Part shown: positions 1 to 12,570 of the stretch, piece after piece | Layout of the letters: each line of letters starts with the position of its first letter | Position numbering within the stretch: the stretch's first letter is position 1 | Source of the DNA: Octopus sinensis | Taxonomy: Eukaryota | Assembly: GCF_006345805.1 (NCBI RefSeq) | Contig: NC_043003.1 | Span: 73,222,001-73,286,000, forward strand | DNA length: 64,000 nucleotides | Reading direction: 5' to 3' | Program-made: the position numbers and the translations under genes | Notes under the pieces: model-generated | What the model was told of the DNA's origin: nothing | What the model saw: the letters and a program-made list of their open reading frames with translations, nothing else | Databases searched by the model: none

Positions 1-135
1 AATACCGTTAAAAATGAAGGGAAATTACTCTGTTATAACTCTATAATTTTTATGACGAAAAATGCGAGCGATGTATAAGTACGCAGGCAAAGCAGAGTTA
101 TAACAGAGTAATTTCCCTTCATTTTTAACGGTATT
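1..135. repeat. Perfect 42-bp inverted repeat (1-42 / 94-135) with 51-bp spacer; may extend beyond the window start
   Basis: AATACCGTTAAAAATGAAGGGAAATTACTCTGTTATAACTCT at 1-42 is the exact reverse complement of 94-135. Confidence 0.95.
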
Positions 136-321
136 TTTTCATAACGTTTTCAAATAGCCAGATAACCGATGAGATGGTGTTGTGGATTTCCACTTCAGCA
201 TCTGAAACTCAGAGTTTTATCTTGACTACCGAGTAATGTAACATATTGTATAGATAAATTTCCTCTATTTACATAATATTGAGGTCTCTTTCTTTCTTTT
301 GTTATCTTACCGTTTTATCAA
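136..321 (+). mobile_element. Probable Penelope-like element terminal (pLTR) fragment ending in a (TA)n tract
   Basis: Contains a hammerhead-like motif, follows an inverted repeat and ends at (TA)n, the same arrangement as the PLE end at 33.8-34.0 kb. Family assignment is inferred. Confidence 0.45.
160..222 (+). ncRNA. Type I hammerhead ribozyme-like motif (variant core)
   Basis: Helix I AGATAA(160-165)/TTATCT(217-222); core CCGATGA (U4C); long helix II GATGgTG..GTGG-ATTT-CCAC..CAGCATC; extra T; GAAA(204-207); palindromic helix III CTC-A-GAG; GUU triplet. Confidence 0.6.
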
Positions 322-2235
322 TATATATATATATATATATCTTTAGGTGTGTGTGTGTGTTTGTAAATGTGCTTTTTTGTGAATGTACGAGTGTATGTAT
401 ATGTGCCAGTCTCACCACTGACAAGTGTAATGTTGGTGAGAATCAATGAATCATAGTAGTTCTGCAAGCGGAGACCTCGGGATTATATAGCAGAAAATAT
501 GCTGGAGTCGTTTCGAGGGATTATACACTTCGAGGAAGCTCTTACAATCTAATGACTGAAAGGACTAAAGAATTTAAGATTCGAATGGATGTGTGTGTTG
601 TGTATATACATACATACATATATACATACACACACACGCATACATATATTTATTTATATATGAAGCAAGAGATGTCTGTCTGTGTATGGTCGTTATACAT
701 TTCCACATTTTTCAACCGATTTCGCTCAAACTTGACACACGGATGGCTTGTGCTCCGAGGGTGGTCATGATCTACTTTAAATTTTTAAACCCCAACCTTG
801 TATAAAACCGCGAATAACTGTTCAAAATATATGTTTTTTGCCCACAACTTGGTTAATTCGAGCGATTTCCTCCAAATTTGACGCGTACATTTCTCATGAC
901 ATTATTTTGCTTAAAAGTTTTGTGCTAATTGTGAAAAATTCGAGAATATCTGCGTAAAAATTCTTTTTTGCCAATAACTTCCGCAGTTTCCAACCGATCC
1001 GTCCCAAATTTGGCAAAAATATTACCCATGTTTAAATGACTTTTAAACTAATATTTCATCACGTTTATTCGCATTAAAGTTGCAATTTACTGGAATAAAA
1101 TTGTTTTTTTGCTCACAACTCCTGCTGTTTACTCACACGCCAAGAATTGTAGGGCAGTTTTTGATCGCTGATTTGATTTGTGTACCCCCACTCTACTATC
1201 GCCTATGGTCATGATGCATCCTCACTTCAGCACAAATTTTCTTTAATTACCTTTCGTTCTTGGTGTGATAACACAGAGTGAGTTGCGAGCATGACCTTCG
1301 TCACCACCTATTATCGCCTACGGCCATGATGCCTCACCACCTCAGCCTCTTATTTGGTGTGAATGACTGCTTTTACCACGTCCTTAGTGTTTATTCAGTT
1401 CCCCCCCTCATCCCCATTATCGCCGATGATCATAATGTCGCCTTTTCCTCATCATTTTATTTAATAACATTATGTCAATGGTCTGCCAATAAAGAATGAA
1501 CTGCGAACTTAACCTTGGATTTTTGCGCGTGAACGCTATTGATTGTCCTCTGTGATGAGCCCGTCCAATTAATTCTTTGACTGAATTTCATTGGTGTAAC
1601 ACTGTCAAATCGTAATTATTGATGCGCTTTTGTGCATATCTGATACGTTCTTTGCCTTACAGTTTAGGCCTACCATTTGACGTACATTATTGCTTTAACT
1701 TCATACTTTCTATTGAGAATTTTCGTTCTTCCCATATTCAATTAAGTTAACTCCTTCATACTGTTGCCGCCTACCAGTTTTTAACTTACGTGCCGTTAAA
1801 ATATATTGTCTTTAGTGTATTTGTGTCTACATAGCTACCTGGCTATCTTTGAATAATATGTTTAGTAGGTTCTTTTTTTATACATTGTACCAAATTTGTT
1901 TTTTAGTGTCCCCTTTTGCTCGTTTTTAAAATCTCGCAATTTAAACATAGTCCACGATGCAATCTAAGATAAGAACTGCCTTGGTCGTAAAACAGAGTCT
2001 GCTACGTTTGCCAAAAGAAGGTGGGCTAATGAGTCGCCGCTGAAAGGAGCAGAGAGACTGTCAAAAAATACCATTCGAAATGGAAATACTAGAAAAATGG
2101 AAGCCGAAGAGCAGTGAATTATTCACCTAAGGAGAAAGGCATTGTTAACTGCTGCTGCATGCGCTACTGACAGTGAAGAACAACGCAGATGTCGCCAAAG
2201 GAAAAATACAGCCTCCATTCCTGCTACGCGCGCTG

Positions 2236-2237
<2 letters not shown>

Positions 2238-2300
<63 letters not shown>
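2238..2300. repeat. (GA)n microsatellite inside the Helitron N-terminal region
   Basis: Direct reading of the sequence. Confidence 0.95.
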
Positions 2301-2305
<5 letters not shown>

Positions 2306-2574
2306 CAGCACAAAAATTGGAAAAGAAATCATACTGCCTCCACTTCTACTGGAGAGAATGGTGAACAGCGTGCAAAACGCCAAAAAAATAGATGCTGCGT
2401 CAACCGCTTCTGCACGAGCGTCAGAGGCTTCACACACTCGCCTTAGTAGAATAGAAACCAATGCGCACCGAAGATATGACAGCCGTGGTATTTCTAGGGA
2501 CAATAGCTCTCGATGGTCACTAAAAGCCTCCCACCATGTTCCTTCTGTTAATTATGCCATGTTCCCGATTTCCA

Positions 2575-4280
2575 AATAGGTGGCACGTCTGTCATCTGCC
2601 ACTTCTGCTGCGCGAAAAAGTGGCCAGGGGAGATTCCAGGGTTGCACTGCCGAATGGTAAGGTCCAACGGCCTTCTCTGAGAGATCAACCGTCCCCTTTT
2701 AGGGCTACAACTGTCCGAGAAGGCCTCTTCAAGCTAACATGTAAAGTCCAAGCGCAAATTTACCACAAAATCATATCACTTCTGCCAATATCAAGAAGTG
2801 AGCCTTAGTTCCTACAACTCTACTTCGTCAGCGATCGGCGACTACATCGACCGAGCAGAGAGGCGTGCTTCAATTTCACCTAGCAAAAAATTAGACATTC
2901 TGCTGAAACTTCAAAGATATTGCACCAAGCCAACAGCTATATTTGCAGCTTCAAATATGCATTGGAAGCCGCCTCAGCGCCAAACTTTGCTGTTGTCATC
3001 GAGACTGACAAGATACCATCTGACTCCCATGCAGGCCGCTTTAATGCTCCCACGTGCAATAAAATTGCTGTAGTTCTTCATGGATAACACTACAACAAAC
3101 GAGACATTATTCTTCAATGTAGGGACAAGTCCCTGCAAATGTCTTACGACGCAATGTAATTCCCGATTCTTTTTCCAGATGGTGCTAATGGGGAACACTT
3201 CAGTATTCTTTTGTGCGACTGCAACAAAACTGTCTCCTGCAAGTAGTTCTTCGCTTACCATTTTATGATCCGCAATGGCTGCTTCAATCACCTCCACCGT
3301 GCAAGAGACCTTTTTATCAATTTGCTGTGGACATGTGCACGAAAATGTAGTCCGAAAGATTGTCTACATTAAGCAAAACCAAAAGCGCTTGCGTTCGGAG
3401 AGCTACATGCACCTTCGAGATGGCATTAACATTGACGTCTCTCCCGAAAAACCTTGGAAAAGCGTGCATAATTCCGTCAACGTTTACGGGAAGCCCTCAC
3501 TACATGCTCGAACGCACACAGGATGCCATGACGTACGTGCACCTCTAGGACAGATCCTACCTCTTCATCACTTTCAACCGCAAACCAAAGCGGACATAAA
3601 TCAGCCGTGAAATGTTCCTGGGGCAAAAGGCCAAAAACAGACATGATCTTCTTCCAGCAGAAGTTGATAAAACTGATGAACTCATTTAAAAAGAAAAAGT
3701 GTTTGGAGACGTTAGGTGCTACATGTACATCGTTGACTGGCAAAAGAGAGGCCTGCCACACGTCTACATACTCATTCGGCTCTCAACAAAAATCAGCACC
3801 ACCGACATTGTTCGTATTATTTCTGCAGAGCGTCCTGACCAAATTTGGACGTAGATCTCGATGATATACTGAGAGCGCACATAATACACGGACCATGTGG
3901 ACGTGGGTTCAGCATGACGTCACCATGCCTTAAAGAATACAGGTGCAGCAAGAGGTATCCAAGAAAATTTCTCCAAGAAACCCAGACAGGCAGCGATGGC
4001 TACCCACTATACCGCCGCATGAAGCCAGCGGATGGAGGATTTGTCCTGAAAATTGGTAAACATGACGTCGAAAACTGGCGGATTGTTCCATACTGCCCAT
4101 TTCTACTTAAAGTATGTAATACCCACACTAGCGTTGAATATTATAACGCTGGGAAGTCGATAAAGTATGTCTGCAAGTACGTCAACAAGGTGTCAGACGC
4201 TGCGTCGTTCGGCCTTCAAATGGAAAACAGCTGAAACGAATTCACTCGATACCAAGTCGCAATGAAGCGTTCTGGCGATT
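2575..4280 (+). pseudogene. Helitron Rep (HUH rolling-circle initiator) pseudogene with many frameshifts and stops
   Basis: Conserved Helitron Rep motifs are spread over ORF-track frames 2536-2808, 2798-3073, 3275-3610, 3360-3548 and 3845-4234. Confidence 0.92.
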
Positions 4281-5048
4281 CTGTTATACTGAATATGAAA
4301 ACGGTTTTATAAGCTTACATGGCCAAAGACATCCTCTAATATGTCATTTACCCATTGCTCGAATACTTTCCTCAAAACAATAAAGGCACGCACGACAATA
4401 GCAACCTTACGACGTCCATGTCGAATATTTGAATATTTTGGCAACATCGCTACATGCCTGTCCCGTCTGTTGGATAAGTGATTTCTTCTGAGACGACACA
4501 TCTACCGTACAGCTTAAAGCTAGTAATCTTATCGATGGAAATATACGTATGTATGAATAATATTCTGTCTAATTCAAGTAAGAACTCTTTCAATAAGCTG
4601 ATAAATTCAGAGACAAAAGAATCAGACAAACAGAAGCAAATAAATATATAATTTTTATTCAGGAATAAATATATATGTAGTCAATATTCTAGTTATAAAC
4701 ACAAACTCAGAAATGTCTCAGTTGAATTTATTCTGTTTCTGACGTTCATTCAACAGGTTACAGTATAACAGTCTATCTGTTGATCTCTAAACACTCAATT
4801 CTTGTCTCCGTTCCTTCAATTGCAAAACTTTTCTGTTATTGCTTCCACCACAACGCCGTCACTGGTTGCACAATAAGATGCAGCTATTGTGACATCAACG
4901 TTGTAGTCTTCCTCTTGTAACTTGTAACTTTTCCTCGTGTAACAATTTGTTTATATTCATTAATTACCAGAGAAACATTGGAGTCGATGTAGTCAACTCA
5001 TCCCCTCTTCCAAAATGGCTGCCGTTATGGAAAAATTTGAAACCGTAG

Positions 5049-5049
<1 letters not shown>

Positions 5050-5105
<56 letters not shown>

Positions 5106-5145
5106 GTAGTAGTAGTAGTAGTATTAATATTATTATTATTATTAT
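5050..5145. repeat. (TTA)n/(TAG)n trinucleotide microsatellite
   Basis: Direct reading of the sequence. Confidence 0.95.
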
Positions 5146-5479
5146 TTAGTGAGAGAGCTTTATATATATATAAAGGATTTATGTATTATCCTTTATATAT
5201 ATATATATATACCCTTCAAATAAGCGGAATCACAACTTTGTCATCAATATCGGAGCAATTTAGTCTTCTTTTCTCTTAACTCCTGATTTCTTTCTTACTG
5301 CAATACATTTGGTACTCGATTAAAGTTAACTGATTTTGGTCTCACAAAAGCTAATCTCTTGGGAACACCACATGTAGTGATGAATTTGTCGAAGGTGCCA
5401 AACTGTAAGAACTAAAACACATGTGTTATTGTTTTGGGATTCAGGATGCCTGTAATTTTGGGCTAGAATACTGTTTTCA

Positions 5480-5640
5480 CGACAACGACGACCACGACCA
5501 CCACCATCTCCATCATCTTCACCACCACTAACATCACAAACACCGTAGCCTCAACCACTACCATCTACCACTACCACTTCCACCACCACCATCACCATCA
5601 TCATCATCACCATCATCGTTACCATCATCATCAGCAACAA
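5480..5640. repeat. Degenerate (CAC/CAT/CAA)n trinucleotide tract
   Basis: Direct reading of the sequence. Confidence 0.9.
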
Positions 5641-6423
5641 CAATATCTAGAAGAGCATTATCGTCATTTTTATGGTGCATCTTTATTTGCCATTTACTTC
5701 TTCAGTATTTTCCATGTTTTCCATGGACTCATGTCTCATTTCTAAAGTGGTTGCTTTTCATTTGTTTCTTTCAAAGATAACACTTCTAAAGAACACGCGG
5801 AACGTCAGTTTGTGTTGAATCCTGTCAACTTAACATATTATCTATGTTTTGTTCTGTCCTATATTCTTGTTCACTGTCAGTTGGTACTGACAAGAAAATG
5901 GTACTGGTGAGTGAAGGGTTCAAGAAACAGCTTGAAATAGAAAGATGCATTTGCCATTCCTTTTCATTCTTCTATCATACAACTTGACACATATTCTTAG
6001 TTTCCAAATAAATTGTATGGTTTCCGCAACACACAACCTTCGTTCGTTCTCATGAAAAATATAAGATAAAGGAAAACAATAAAAATAAAGTGCTGAAAAC
6101 ACTATAAACACAAAATGAGTTTAGTTCTTTATTGCAAGTTGAAAAGTCTGTCCTCTCTTCCATAATTCAACTGCTGTGTATTCATACATCAATGAACTAT
6201 TCCACATTATGCAATGTATGCAGTGCTTACTAAAATTTGTTGCTGAAAGTGTCTGGGTAATTGTTACAATTTAATGGCACATACAAAATGAAAACAAATT
6301 ACTCTTTTACATTTAACTGTCTTCTGTGAATAGTGTTTGTTTTGACAGTGTAAAATGAATTGCAAACGTATAGAATCTTAACTATATAGAACAATAGAAC
6401 TTAGTCTTTCGAATGATTAATTA

Positions 6424-7200
6424 CAGCGAGTGCGGGCTAAATTTGACAGCTTGCATAAAAGGAAAAGACAACATAACAACCTACCAAAAAATAAAGGTAT
6501 TTAAAAAACTAAAAAAAAAACATTTTCCTATATTATTGCTGGCAGAAAAGAGTTTACTCAAAATAGCCGACGTCAGCTTATACCACGAACTCAAGATGGC
6601 TCTAGAACCTGGAGCTTGCCTTCCTTATTGCATCCCCGAGATCTTCGAACGTTTCTTTGTTCATGGCCAGCAGCTTGACCTTGGTGGTGCAAGCAGAGCA
6701 GCTGATATCTTTCTCAAGGTAATCCATCAAATAAGAATCGAGGGTATTAGGAGACCAAAAATTGAGGCTGGTGAAGTCGTAGTCATTCTCCAAAAATCAT
6801 TTCTAGTGCTCTCTAACGAATAATAAAGATCCGAATCATATTGCCTAACATATGACCTTCCAGCAGCAACCATTTCAAGACAGAGATTTACCACGGTTTT
6901 CAACAGATTCACATAACCGTGTGAAATGAGCCTAAGGTCCTGTTAAATCATGCTGGTGACATGACGCCACCCTCACTGGAGACACATTTAAAAGCCATTA
7001 CTGTTTGAGGCATCTTGGTTTTTACGATGTAGATGTAACGTCTTACAACTATTACAGTTTTCATAAAAGATTGAACAACAGTTATGATTTCGGCATTTCG
7101 ACACCAGGTGCAAATCATCATGATATAGTAACACTTTTCCAGCATTCAGATGACTTTGAGTCTTCCGTGACAGCTAATTTCTTCTCACTACAAGTTTAAT
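6424..7200 (-). mobile_element. Tc1/mariner (maT/DD37D-like) transposase remnant with one TIR
   Basis: Minus strand: VVKTKMPQTVMAFKCVSSEGGVM, AAGRSYVRQYDS, ENDYDFTSLNFWSPN..MDY, IRKASSRF..GYFE*. TA|CAGCGAGTGCGGGCTAAATTTGACAGC terminus at 6422-6450. Confidence 0.85.
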
Positions 7201-7253
7201 TAGAAAATTGCTATTTTAAAATCTCACAACGTGAGATATTCCGCTCTAGTATT

Positions 7254-7550
7254 TTGTAGTAAAGATTAGGGTTAGGGTTTGCCAACATAACATGGCAGTC
7301 CTGCTTTAGGACGAATGTTGCTGTAGTTTAGCCCCTGGAAACATCGTCTCCAGCTGGCGGTTATCGATATGATCTGTGTCCTTACATTTTCGAACAAGGG
7401 AATCTAGCACCCCCACTCAGTTCGAAGATATAAGGTCACAGATCGTGTCGTATAACCAGCTGGAGACGATATCTTCTGGGGCTAAACTACAGCAAAATTC
7501 GTTCTAAACCAGGACTGCCATGTTATGTTGGCAAACAATCTTTACTACAA
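7254..7550. mobile_element. ~297-bp foldback/MITE-like palindrome (arms ~130 bp, ~24-bp spacer)
   Basis: TTGTAGTAAAGATT..TTTGCCAACATAACATGGCAGTCCTG..CAGCTGG..TTCGAAC is mirrored by GTTCGAA..CCAGCTG..CAGGACTGCCATGTTATGTTGGCAAAC..AATCTTTACTACAA. Confidence 0.9.
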
Positions 7551-8579
7551 GTTTAATGTTTATACTATTCAATGCCGTTGACAGCTCATCATTGCATGAA
7601 GTCGTTCCTGAAAAATGTGACTCAAAAATCGTCAAATTATATCCGAACACATTGTATTTGACTTGGATTTTACTGCTCAGTACTCATCTGGTCCTACACA
7701 ACAACGAAACCAGCAATATCATCAGCAAGAAATAGAAATAAATGAAAATGTATGCAGCTAGTCTACGTGCGTGAAAAAGTAGACGTATCTCCCTAGAATG
7801 ATACTTTACTACCTCAAAAATAGGACGCATTAGATAGTGAATTCCAGAGTATATCAAGTATGAAAGCAAAAAACAAAGAATGTGAATAGTTGGAAAGCCT
7901 TTGATAATATCTCTTCTATCAGATTGAACCTGCTGATAAAGAAGAAAGGCTAATATGAAACAAATCAACGAAATACTCTGTATGTGGTTACAAACATGGG
8001 AAACTCCATCAGTAGCATCGTATTGTGAAATGGTGTGCAAATGGTACAAGATGTACTTAATGTAGGAGTATAGTTAAAATTAGGTGGACCAATATTAAAT
8101 CAGAGTTATAAGCCCACATTTTGAATAGAGAAATACTATTGGCTGTACTGATACCGTTAAATCATGGAAACATATTACAAAACAATAGAAGGCCTAACTG
8201 GAAGCTAAGATCTTGATATCCTGAAGCGAATTTTGCTACAGAATTTGAACTCCTAGAGAATATAAAAATTGTTAAATCGAAATAGATACTCACTATTGTC
8301 TATTCTCTCTCTCCGTCACCACTCTCCTTCTCTGTCTCTCCCACTTTCTTTCTCTCTCTTTCTCCCTCTTTCTTTCTCTCTCGTTCTCCCTCTTTCTCTC
8401 TCTCTGTCTTTTTCAAGTTCTTCCACTTTATTATCCCGTTTAACGTTTTGTGATATTGATCTTATTGATTTTATTACGGTTGTGATTGTTACCAGTCTTT
8501 GGCGTTAGCAAATCGAGTTGTCTGAATGTTTAGTAAAAATCCTTAACTACTGTTATGGTGTTTATGTAAAGAAAGTTTG

Positions 8580-8709
8580 TTTGGGCGTGTGTATGTGTAT
8601 ACACACATATACACACCCAATCGCATGTATATATATATATGCGTATGTTTACATAGGCATATATATCGAAATGTGTATACACACATACACACACACTAAG
8701 ACACTCACA

Positions 8710-8743
<34 letters not shown>

Positions 8744-8810
8744 ACGCACAACACGTATATAGAAACATACCTATATATATATATATATATATACTTACAT
8801 ACACACGTAG
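8580..8810. repeat. Compound (CA)n/(TA)n microsatellite
   Basis: Direct reading of the sequence. Confidence 0.9.
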
Positions 8811-10349
8811 ATAATACATACATAGATACATTTCCTCTTCGCCAGTTAACAACAGTGTGATCACGGTTAACTATAGCTATTTTCAAAAATCGTATGAATA
8901 GAAATTATATCTAAACCCATAACGAAGTATAGGTAGGAACAGAAACAACTTAAGAACTTGCATAATGATGAAGGAAGCCTAACCAAAAACAGTAATACAA
9001 ACACGAAGTAAACAAAACACATTCAGTAAAGCAACTTCGCTTGTTTATGACTGAACTTCCCAGACTTATTGTTCATATTAGTAACAACAGATTTGTCAGA
9101 AGCCTCAATCGACACGTCTACATAATCTTATTAACATCCTTAGTATTTCTGCTAACTTCCAAATCCTTAAGATATATAATTTGATATAATAAACACAAAA
9201 ATAACAAAGACAGAGCAATAATCTGGAACAACATATCAATGAATGTACAACAGTTATTTGTGTCTATATTTTATTTATTTCTTTTCCAGATATCGCAAAC
9301 ACAATGAAACTCATATGACACACGCCCACAGACAATTACACACTGACACATATGTATATATATATATATATATATATATGTACAAATAAAGAAACATATT
9401 GATATTAAGACCGTAGAAAGTTGTGACGAGCTATAACTCGTATATCTGTGCTAACACATGAGCAGAAATGTTAGTCCATACACTATAACGTGTGCATAAA
9501 CACACACACATACCTCACACACACTTATATATAGAGGCATATGATTCTTCTTATAGATTAGTGCAAATTGCTGCTACGTCAACAGTTGCGCTGAGAAAGA
9601 AAACATCATCTACGTGCATTGAACAAAGAATAGGGTTGAAGGATGTGCTTCTGCCTATGGGAAACAGAGAATAAAGCATTCACTGATTTTTGCAGAATCT
9701 TTCCGTGTTGTAGAAAATTCTGCGTATGCAATTGATTCGATTTTAAATTGAAATCACCATCTCTCTATCAGACGGAATTTAAGCTTTGCATTTGTAGAGA
9801 CCTTTCGTGCGTAAGTTTTAACCTCACCACAAACATTGAGTACATTTGCCTTTTGCTTATATTTATCCATCTATATATTTATCTGTCTATATGTATATAT
9901 CTACATACTCATACGTACATGTTCATTCACGAACACTTATATAATCGTATATATTTATGCCTAACATCGTGAGGCTAAGTACGTGTACAAACGTGTATAT
10001 GTGGTTATGCTTCTTGTAACGAACAATTTATATTAATACCTATGTCTGTTAGTTTTGTATGTCTCCGTGTGTGCATGAGATTTTTGTGTCTATGTGTGTG
10101 TGTATGCATTTCATAGTAAATATATAGCTAAAAATTGTAATCAGCAGAGTAAATTTTTGAAGCTCCTGAAAGTTATAATATTGCTTTATTGCCATTCTTT
10201 ATTTTACCCTCCGGTATATCTTAATGCAGACATAAACAAAACATACTTTAGAGAAATTACGATATTTGCCAAAATATTACTTCCATACGCATAGTGCATA
10301 TTGATTCGGCACTAAAGTAATACAAGGGACCAATACTCTCTGCGAGCAT

Positions 10350-10780
<431 letters not shown>

Positions 10781-11486
10781 AGACGCGAAAGTCACTATAT
10801 GCAGGCAACATCGATGCTAAATGATAATGTTCAAAAATTCTAAGTATATTGCGGAGAGCGAGACACCTCAATTATCTAGATGTTAAATTTTATTGAGGTC
10901 TGCATATACACTAAGTTCTAGCCATACTAAATGCTTACAAAGCTTCTCTCAATATTTTATGACTCTTTTCAGTTTAGTCATCACTCATACACACACCCTC
11001 GCCGATACGCACGCATGCATACATGCATGCAAACGCACGCACACATATATTCAAACACAGACCACATATATTCGTACATATATATATAGCTAAACATACA
11101 TGCATATATAAATACATACATACCAACATACGTACCAATATACATACCTCTACACAAACACAATGAGTGACTGTTATCACTGATGGAATACAGTATCGTC
11201 GAGGCATATTAACCTGTTATATATACTTTTTGTAAATCGCTTGTCATTCATGTTAACGAAGTTCGAAGGCTATATCACTGGTTGACAATGAAACGGAAAT
11301 ACCAAAATTACACACTGTTTCTTTGTGGATGACTTAAAACTATATCTGATTCGGAATGTTACAAGTATCTTGGGGTGGGTGAAAACATATCTTAAAATGG
11401 CACCTGTAACAAAATACGTGTCAGTGAAGAATATTACAGCCGAATAAAGAAAGTTTAGATCTCGGATCATACATACATACATACAC

Positions 11487-12570
11487 ACGACCTGAAGATT
11501 TATGCTAAACAACTGGAATTAATATCAATATTTTCAGATGATATGGGCATGGAATTTGGCCAAGAGAAATGTTCTTACTGTGTTATAGAACGAGGAAAGT
11601 CACTCCTCCAAACTCAAAACCTTTGCATCAACGGTCTCTCTTCTATCACCGCTATTCCACACAAAGAATGTTACAGAATGACACAAGAATATTACGCCAG
11701 ACTTAGGAAAATATGGCAGCTGGAGCTCTCCTCTTACAACAAAACAATATTCCACAATGCATTTGCAGTACTTATGGTGATCCTAACGTTTGGTATACCT
11801 GATTGGTCTGTATAGGAAATACACTTTATAGAAATCAACACCCTGAAAATCCTGACAACTGGTAACTTACACAGAAACAGTAATGTTGAAAGGCTCTACC
11901 TAAGAAGAAATGAAGATGGTAGAGGCCTCAGGTCAGTGCAGACGTCCTTCGAATGCTGTATGGTATCACTCAGACAGCACCTCCCAAACAACAGCAGTAA
12001 AAATAAATATATTAATGAAGTCCTGAAAAGTGAAGTGAGTAACATTGTACGAGTTGGCAGTGAACTCCTAAGAAACACTTTGTTCCTGATGATTTCCTAT
12101 ACAGCCCTAAACAGTTGGGCTCTATTACCTCAGAGAATACCTGGATGATAAGCACTCAACATACAAAAAAAGACCATGCATGGGTACGTTGCCCGGAAGC
12201 TTGAAGCCGACAGTAGCATTGTCACGAAGCGCAGCCTCTCTTGGACATAAACCACTGCATCACATCACACTTTGAAGGGTATACGTTTGCAATCCAGGTA
12301 CAGGAGATTGCCACAAAGTACCTGCAGAAAAAGATAGACAGTGACGCTCTTGTAATCTCAAGGTGCAACCGCAAGTGTAGGCTATGTCATGTTTCTGTGG
12401 AAGATATCACGCATGTGATTAGCATCCCTAAGCGGCAGGATGTTGTTGCAAAAACAATTTACAATGCCATCCGAAAAAAAGACTATCCCGAAATGACCTT
12501 AGAACGCTATGCATCGAACGTCATAATTCAATGTGCTAAAAAGATGTTATCGGAGATCAGAGTTCGTAAT
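11487..12570 (+). mobile_element. R4/Dong-like (RLE-type) non-LTR retrotransposon fragment, RT C-terminus to zinc knuckle
   Basis: DLKIYAK..FSDDMGMEFGQEKC..IERGK; YNKTIFHNAFAV..TFGIPDW; RLYLRRNEDGRGL; HFEGYTFAIQ.QEIATKYL; CRLCHVSVEDITHVIS. Frameshifted and deleted. Confidence 0.85.

Larger units (their letters stand above)
653..4523 (+). mobile_element. Internally deleted Helitron (Rep remnant, no helicase)
   Basis: 5' TATATATGAAGCAAGAGATGTCTGTCTGTG-type start and 3' CTAG|T at 4520-4524. Rep motifs across frameshifts: ICHFCCAKKW, QIYHKIISLLP, HAGRFNAPT, QNQKRLRSESYMHLRD, PSTFTGSP..ERTQDAMTYV, IHGPCG, DGYPLYRR, IVPYCP, KSIKYVCKYVNK, NEAFWR. The 5' boundary is approximate. Confidence 0.85.

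Noticed and set aside
4307-4501. Minus-strand 64-aa ORF with a GTAAGC donor-like site near its end
   Set aside because: It is antisense to Helitron sequence (YKAYMAKDIL-like block on +) inside the element's CTAG end.
6413-6823. 136-aa plus-strand ORF
   Set aside because: Antisense shadow of the maT-like transposase remnant.
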